Positions 60,150 through 64,000 of a stretch of DNA of 64,000 bases are shown here, piece by piece; within the stretch, counting starts at the first letter, position 1; every line of letters starts with the position of its first letter. The position numbers and the translations under genes are program-made. Below the pieces are notes generated by a model, which saw only the letters and a program-made list of their open reading frames with translations, ran no database searches and had not been told where the DNA came from. The stretch is from Alphaproteobacteria bacterium (GTDB lineage: Bacteria > Pseudomonadota > Alphaproteobacteria > SP197): the NCBI GenBank assembly GCA_965228895.1, contig OZ245842.1:4160001-4224000 (forward strand), read 5' to 3'.

Positions 60150-61760
60150 TCAGGCAGACCCGTCGTCGAGCCAGACATCTTCCCAGTACATCCATCCGGC
60201 AAACCCATGCGGGTGACCCTTAAGGTTCTTGACCTTGTCGCTATAGGCGTCCAGCCAATTGGTGAAGACCGGTGTCAGGGTTGAGCCTTCGTCACGCATG
60301 ATGATCTGAATGTCGCGGTAGATCTCTTTGCGGACGGCAACGTCCGTCTCCTTGCGTCCCTGAAAAACCAGTTTGTCGAACTCTTCGTTCGACCAGTAGC
60401 TCTCGTTCCAAGCAGCGCCAGACAGATACGCAACAGAGAGCATCAGGTCAGCGGTCGGACGACCATACCAACTTGACGCACACCAAGGCACAACCATCCA
60501 GACCGCACTCCAATACCCGTCTGACGGTGCCTTCTGGACGCTGACGTTCAAGCCGGACTCGTTCATCAGTTCCGCCATGACGACGCTGGCATTGGTTCCG
60601 CCGAACGTCTGGTCCGAGGCGCTCAGCTCGAACGTCGCGTTTTCCATCCCCGCCTCCCTCAGGTAAAAGGCGACCTTGTCGGGATCGTGCGGCAAGGCGT
60701 CGACATCGGCCGCAAAAAACGGATCGAACCGCGGGATCGGGTGGTCGCGACCCACACTGCCGAATCCATCCCATGCAAGCTCCAGCATGCGGCCACGATC
60801 GATCGCATGCTTGATCGCCAGCCTGACATTGTTGTCACTGTAGGGTGCCGTATCAAACCGCATCGGGTATGTGGCATGGGCGCCGCCTGGTTGGTTCAAC
60901 ACATGTGCATCACCAGCGGCTTCGACGCTGCCGATAAGCTGGGCGTCCAGGTCAACCATGATGTCGGCTTCGCCAGCCAGCAACGCATTCACACGCGAGG
61001 CGTTGTCAGGAATACCGAACGTCTCGATCTCGTCGACATAGGGCAATCCCGTGCGGTGATAGTTGGGGAATCGCTCGAACACAGCGACAATGCCGGGGTC
61101 GAACTCCTGCACCTTCCAAGGGCCAGTGCCGACCGCCTCGCCGGCGGCATAGGCTTCGGTATCCTGGCCCTCCGGCTGAACCGTGAAGCGATACTCCGTT
61201 AGCAGGTAGGGAATATCGGCATTGGGCTGTTTCATGTTGAAGACAATGTAGTTTTCACCGTCAGCGACGATGGTGTCGACATCACCCAGATAAGCGTTGG
61301 CCGGCGAACCGACCTCCGGATCGAGGTGACGGTTGAACGAATAAGCGACATCCGCCGCCGTCATCGTTTTGCCGTTGTGGAACTCGACGCCATCCAGCAG
61401 TTCGAACGTCCACTGTGTCGCGTCGCCATTAGGCTCCCAGCTCGTTGCCAGATTGCCGACAAGACCCCGCTCGGGCAGGAAGTCAATCAGCCGGTTATAG
61501 AGCAAGCCGGAACGCATGATATCCGTGCCGCTGGTAATTTTCGCCGGATCAAGCGTGTCGCCGGCATGGCTGCTGTCGGAGGCGACGCGCATATAGCCGC
61601 CCTGCTTCGGCCCGTCCGCGCTTGCTTCCTTGATGGCTTGGCTGACAAACACGCCGGCCGCCGCGGCGGTCAATCCCATGTTCGCCAAACCGGTGTTGAA
61701 GTCCCGTCGCGAAACCTTGCCCTTGAGGAACTCGCGCTTCAGAAGTTCTTTTTTGTCCAA
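60150..61760 (-). CDS. ABC peptide/nickel-type substrate-binding protein (family 5), Tat signal
   Basis: TTG start behind AAGGAGG. SRRDF twin-arginine signal, LATSWE, VEFHNGK..TAADV..S and GTGPW motifs. Confidence 0.9.
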   Translation of the reverse strand: MDKKELLKREFLKGKVSRRDFNTGLANMGLTAAAAGVFVSQAIKEASADGPKQGGYMRVASDSSHAGDTLDPAKITSGTDIMRSGLLYNRLIDFLPERGLVGNLATSWEPNGDATQWTFELLDGVEFHNGKTMTAADVAYSFNRHLDPEVGSPANAYLGDVDTIVADGENYIVFNMKQPNADIPYLLTEYRFTVQPEGQDTEAYAAGEAVGTGPWKVQEFDPGIVAVFERFPNYHRTGLPYVDEIETFGIPDNASRVNALLAGEADIMVDLDAQLIGSVEAAGDAHVLNQPGGAHATYPMRFDTAPYSDNNVRLAIKHAIDRGRMLELAWDGFGSVGRDHPIPRFDPFFAADVDALPHDPDKVAFYLREAGMENATFELSASDQTFGGTNASVVMAELMNESGLNVSVQKAPSDGYWSAVWMVVPWCASSWYGRPTADLMLSVAYLSGAAWNESYWSNEEFDKLVFQGRKETDVAVRKEIYRDIQIIMRDEGSTLTPVFTNWLDAYSDKVKNLKGHPHGFAGWMYWEDVWLDDGSA

Positions 61761-61959
61761 TGTCGCCTCCTTGTCTTGCGGGTTGCTGGATCGACTCAAG
61801 CTGATTGGTCTTAAGGCCACCTCTGGCGCATAGACTTCAGCTCGTGCGAACTCTTGATGCCCGCCGACTTTGCAGGTGATGACGTTAGCGCCGCGCGATT
61901 CACGGCGACATCGAACCGGGTTATTTGAAACGGGGAAGCGTTATGGATATCGAACGACG

Positions 61960-62745
61960 TCAGCTCTGTGCTCTTCGATCGAACACACGTGGCGGGATCG
62001 ACCACGTCGCATCGACGTCATGGTCTGGCCAGATCCGGCTGAGATGCCTTGGCATGCCCCCTGGCGTGTAGAACGACAGGCCGGGACTTGCGATAAGGAG
62101 CGGAACGGCGATGCCATCGAAGTTCAGTTCGAAGTGGTAGCCGGACTTCACCACGATGAAGTCCAGGCCTTCTATGGCGACGCCCTGACTCTCGAAAGCA
62201 TTGGGATCGTGACTGAAGGCAGGGTTTGACGAGATGACAATGGACAAACGATCGTCGATGGTCACCACGGCCGATGGCCCCATGGACGTCGGTTCGCCTT
62301 CCTGATAGGGCCCGCGCATCTGAAAGCGGCCATCGGTCAGGTTGGCGACGGTTCCCGTGATCGCCAGGGGCTCAAATCCGGGCGTCATGGCACCGCCCAA
62401 GGACAGTGAAACGGTGGACTCGAGGCCGGCCGCCTGCGCGGCCTGGACGGCGGCAGCATCGGTGACCGGGAAAGCCGCCTTGAACGGGTATGGGTGATCA
62501 AGCGTTGCCGCAAGGATGCTCGTGCTGTCGCCCGGCGCGCCCGCGAGAACGCGGTCGCCCATGTCGCCGATTACAAACGGTAGGGCGTCATCGGATCTTT
62601 CGGTGCTGATCTTGTTGAGGGCATCGTCGATCGATACGAGGTCGTCGACAAACTCTAAGCGTCTTTCCCAAAATGTAGCCGCCAACTCCGACGCGATCGC
62701 GTTCGCGCTCGGCTGCGTCTCATGGGTCAAGACAACCACGGCCAA
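61960..62745 (-). pseudogene. MlrC/M81 metallopeptidase, C-terminal half only
   Basis: D.GD...AGAPGDST, MGPSAV and DFIVVKSGYHF motifs. Frame is closed by a stop at 62763-62761, so the N-terminal metal-binding half is absent. Confidence 0.7.
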
Positions 62746-64000
62746 ACGACCGCGCGCGACCTACTCGAAGGATGCCTTGAGGCGATAAGCCGACACAATG
62801 ACCGCATCAATGCCGTGGTCTATCAAGTTGCGGAAGAGGCCCGCAAGACAGCTGACGCATGCGATGCCGCCACAAAACAGGGTCGTTCTGTCGGTCCGCT
62901 GCATGGTCTTCCCGTAACAATCAAGGAGTGTTTTGACGTCAAGGGTATGCCGACAACCTGGGGCGATCCCGCCTTGTCGTCTTCTTACGCAGGGCAAGAC
63001 TCGGGCATTGCGAAACGCCTCAAAGCCTCGGGCGCGGTTCTGATAGGAAAGACCAACATTCCGGCCAACTTGGGAGACTGGGAAACCGATAACCCCCTGT
63101 ATGGCGGCACACGGAACCCTTTTGACCAAGCCATGAGCGCTGGCGGGTCTTCCGGTGGCTCGGCCGCCGCTGTTGCGTGCGGCTTTTCATATGGCGATGT
63201 CGGCAGCGATCAGGGCGGATCCGTGAGACTGCCGGCACATTACTGCGGCGTGAACGGTCTCAAGCCGACGTGGAACATTCTTCCGATGAGCGGCCACAGC
63301 ATGACGGGAGAGCTCCGCGTCCCCGACATTGGCGTCTCAGGCCCAATTGCCCGACAAGCCAATGATATCTCGCTGATGCTTAACGCTTTAGCGGGCGCAG
63401 AGGAAAACAATAGCGCGTGGCAGCTCAGACTTCCAAAGTCGAAAACAACAACGCTCCGCAACGTTCGATTCGCGGCTATGCTTGATCATCCTGAATGCCC
63501 GGTGGATGTATCCTATCGAGACGCACTGGAGCATTTGTTGGAGACGCTGGAACGTTCTGGCGCCAGGGTTGACCGCGGCGCTCGCCCCGGGATTGATTTT
63601 GATCGCGCCAATGACTTGATGAACCTCCTCGTGCGCGCCGAAACATCGACCCGTCTCAATGATCAAACGTTGAAGGAAAAGCGTCGTATCCTGAAAGCGG
63701 ACGCTTCACACGCCTCTCGATTTGACATCCTGAATGCCAGAGGCGAGACGATGTCACATCGCGACTGGTTGCTGCTGCATGAAGAGAGGCTGAGATTGTA
63801 CCGGGCTTGGGACGCGTTCTTTGGCGAGTTCGACTTTTTCCTGTGCCCGGTTTCCGCGAGCGCCGCCGCGCCATTTAGGAAAGCCGTTGCCAATCGCACC
63901 CGAACGATCCCTGTTAACGGCACAGAGCTCCCCGTCCTCGCCCAACACTTTTGGTTTTCATTCGCTAGTCTTGCTTACATGCCGGCAAATGCGGCACCGT
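62722..64000 (+). CDS. Amidase-signature family protein, probably 5'-truncated, runs off the right edge
   Basis: Not in the ORF track. Open frame with INAVV, GPLHGLPVTIKE, GKTN, GGSSGGSAAAV and GSDQGGSVRLPA. Only available ATG (62722) lies in antisense MlrC sequence with no RBS. Confidence 0.85.
   Translation, partial: MGQDNHGQTTARDLLEGCLEAISRHNDRINAVVYQVAEEARKTADACDAATKQGRSVGPLHGLPVTIKECFDVKGMPTTWGDPALSSSYAGQDSGIAKRLKASGAVLIGKTNIPANLGDWETDNPLYGGTRNPFDQAMSAGGSSGGSAAAVACGFSYGDVGSDQGGSVRLPAHYCGVNGLKPTWNILPMSGHSMTGELRVPDIGVSGPIARQANDISLMLNALAGAEENNSAWQLRLPKSKTTTLRNVRFAAMLDHPECPVDVSYRDALEHLLETLERSGARVDRGARPGIDFDRANDLMNLLVRAETSTRLNDQTLKEKRRILKADASHASRFDILNARGETMSHRDWLLLHEERLRLYRAWDAFFGEFDFFLCPVSASAAAPFRKAVANRTRTIPVNGTELPVLAQHFWFSFASLAYMPANAAP

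Noticed and set aside
1-64000. CRISPR arrays, tRNA/rRNA genes, IS elements, integrases
   Set aside because: No regularly spaced repeats, cloverleaf motifs or transposase/integrase motifs seen by eye. Short or degenerate elements could have been missed.

Overview
GC-rich (about 60-65% by eye) chromosomal window from an alphaproteobacterium-like organism. In order it carries: (1) the 5' end of isovaleryl-CoA dehydrogenase and an acyl-CoA synthetase; (2) a GMC oxidoreductase / polyamine-type binding protein / BCCT transporter / GMC small-subunit cluster; (3) a complete respiratory nitrate reductase locus, narK(fused)-narGHJI, with a divergent NarR-type regulator and three FNR boxes; (4) a minimal enuR-eutD-eutE-like ectoine-catabolism module; (5) a roughly 29-kb hybrid FAAL/PKS/NRPS cluster (22.7-51.7 kb), the main candidate for an undescribed system; (6) a surface-glycan modification cluster with a split transketolase and a sporadic-carbohydrate-cluster gene pair; (7) an orphan Tat-exported peptide-binding protein. 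The cluster in (5) is predicted to build a beta-amino-fatty-acyl short peptide (D-Asp / unknown residue / Val). It has non-colinear gene order, a degenerate E domain, an A-less terminal C-T-TE module, two Fe/2OG oxygenases and an unusual ABC exporter with an N-terminal extension and a C-terminal cNMP-binding domain. Two sharp junctions (about 54340 and about 62742) join truncated genes and may be deletions or assembly chimeras. I saw no rRNA, tRNA, CRISPR array or transposase. All family calls are motif recognition by eye; no database search was run.
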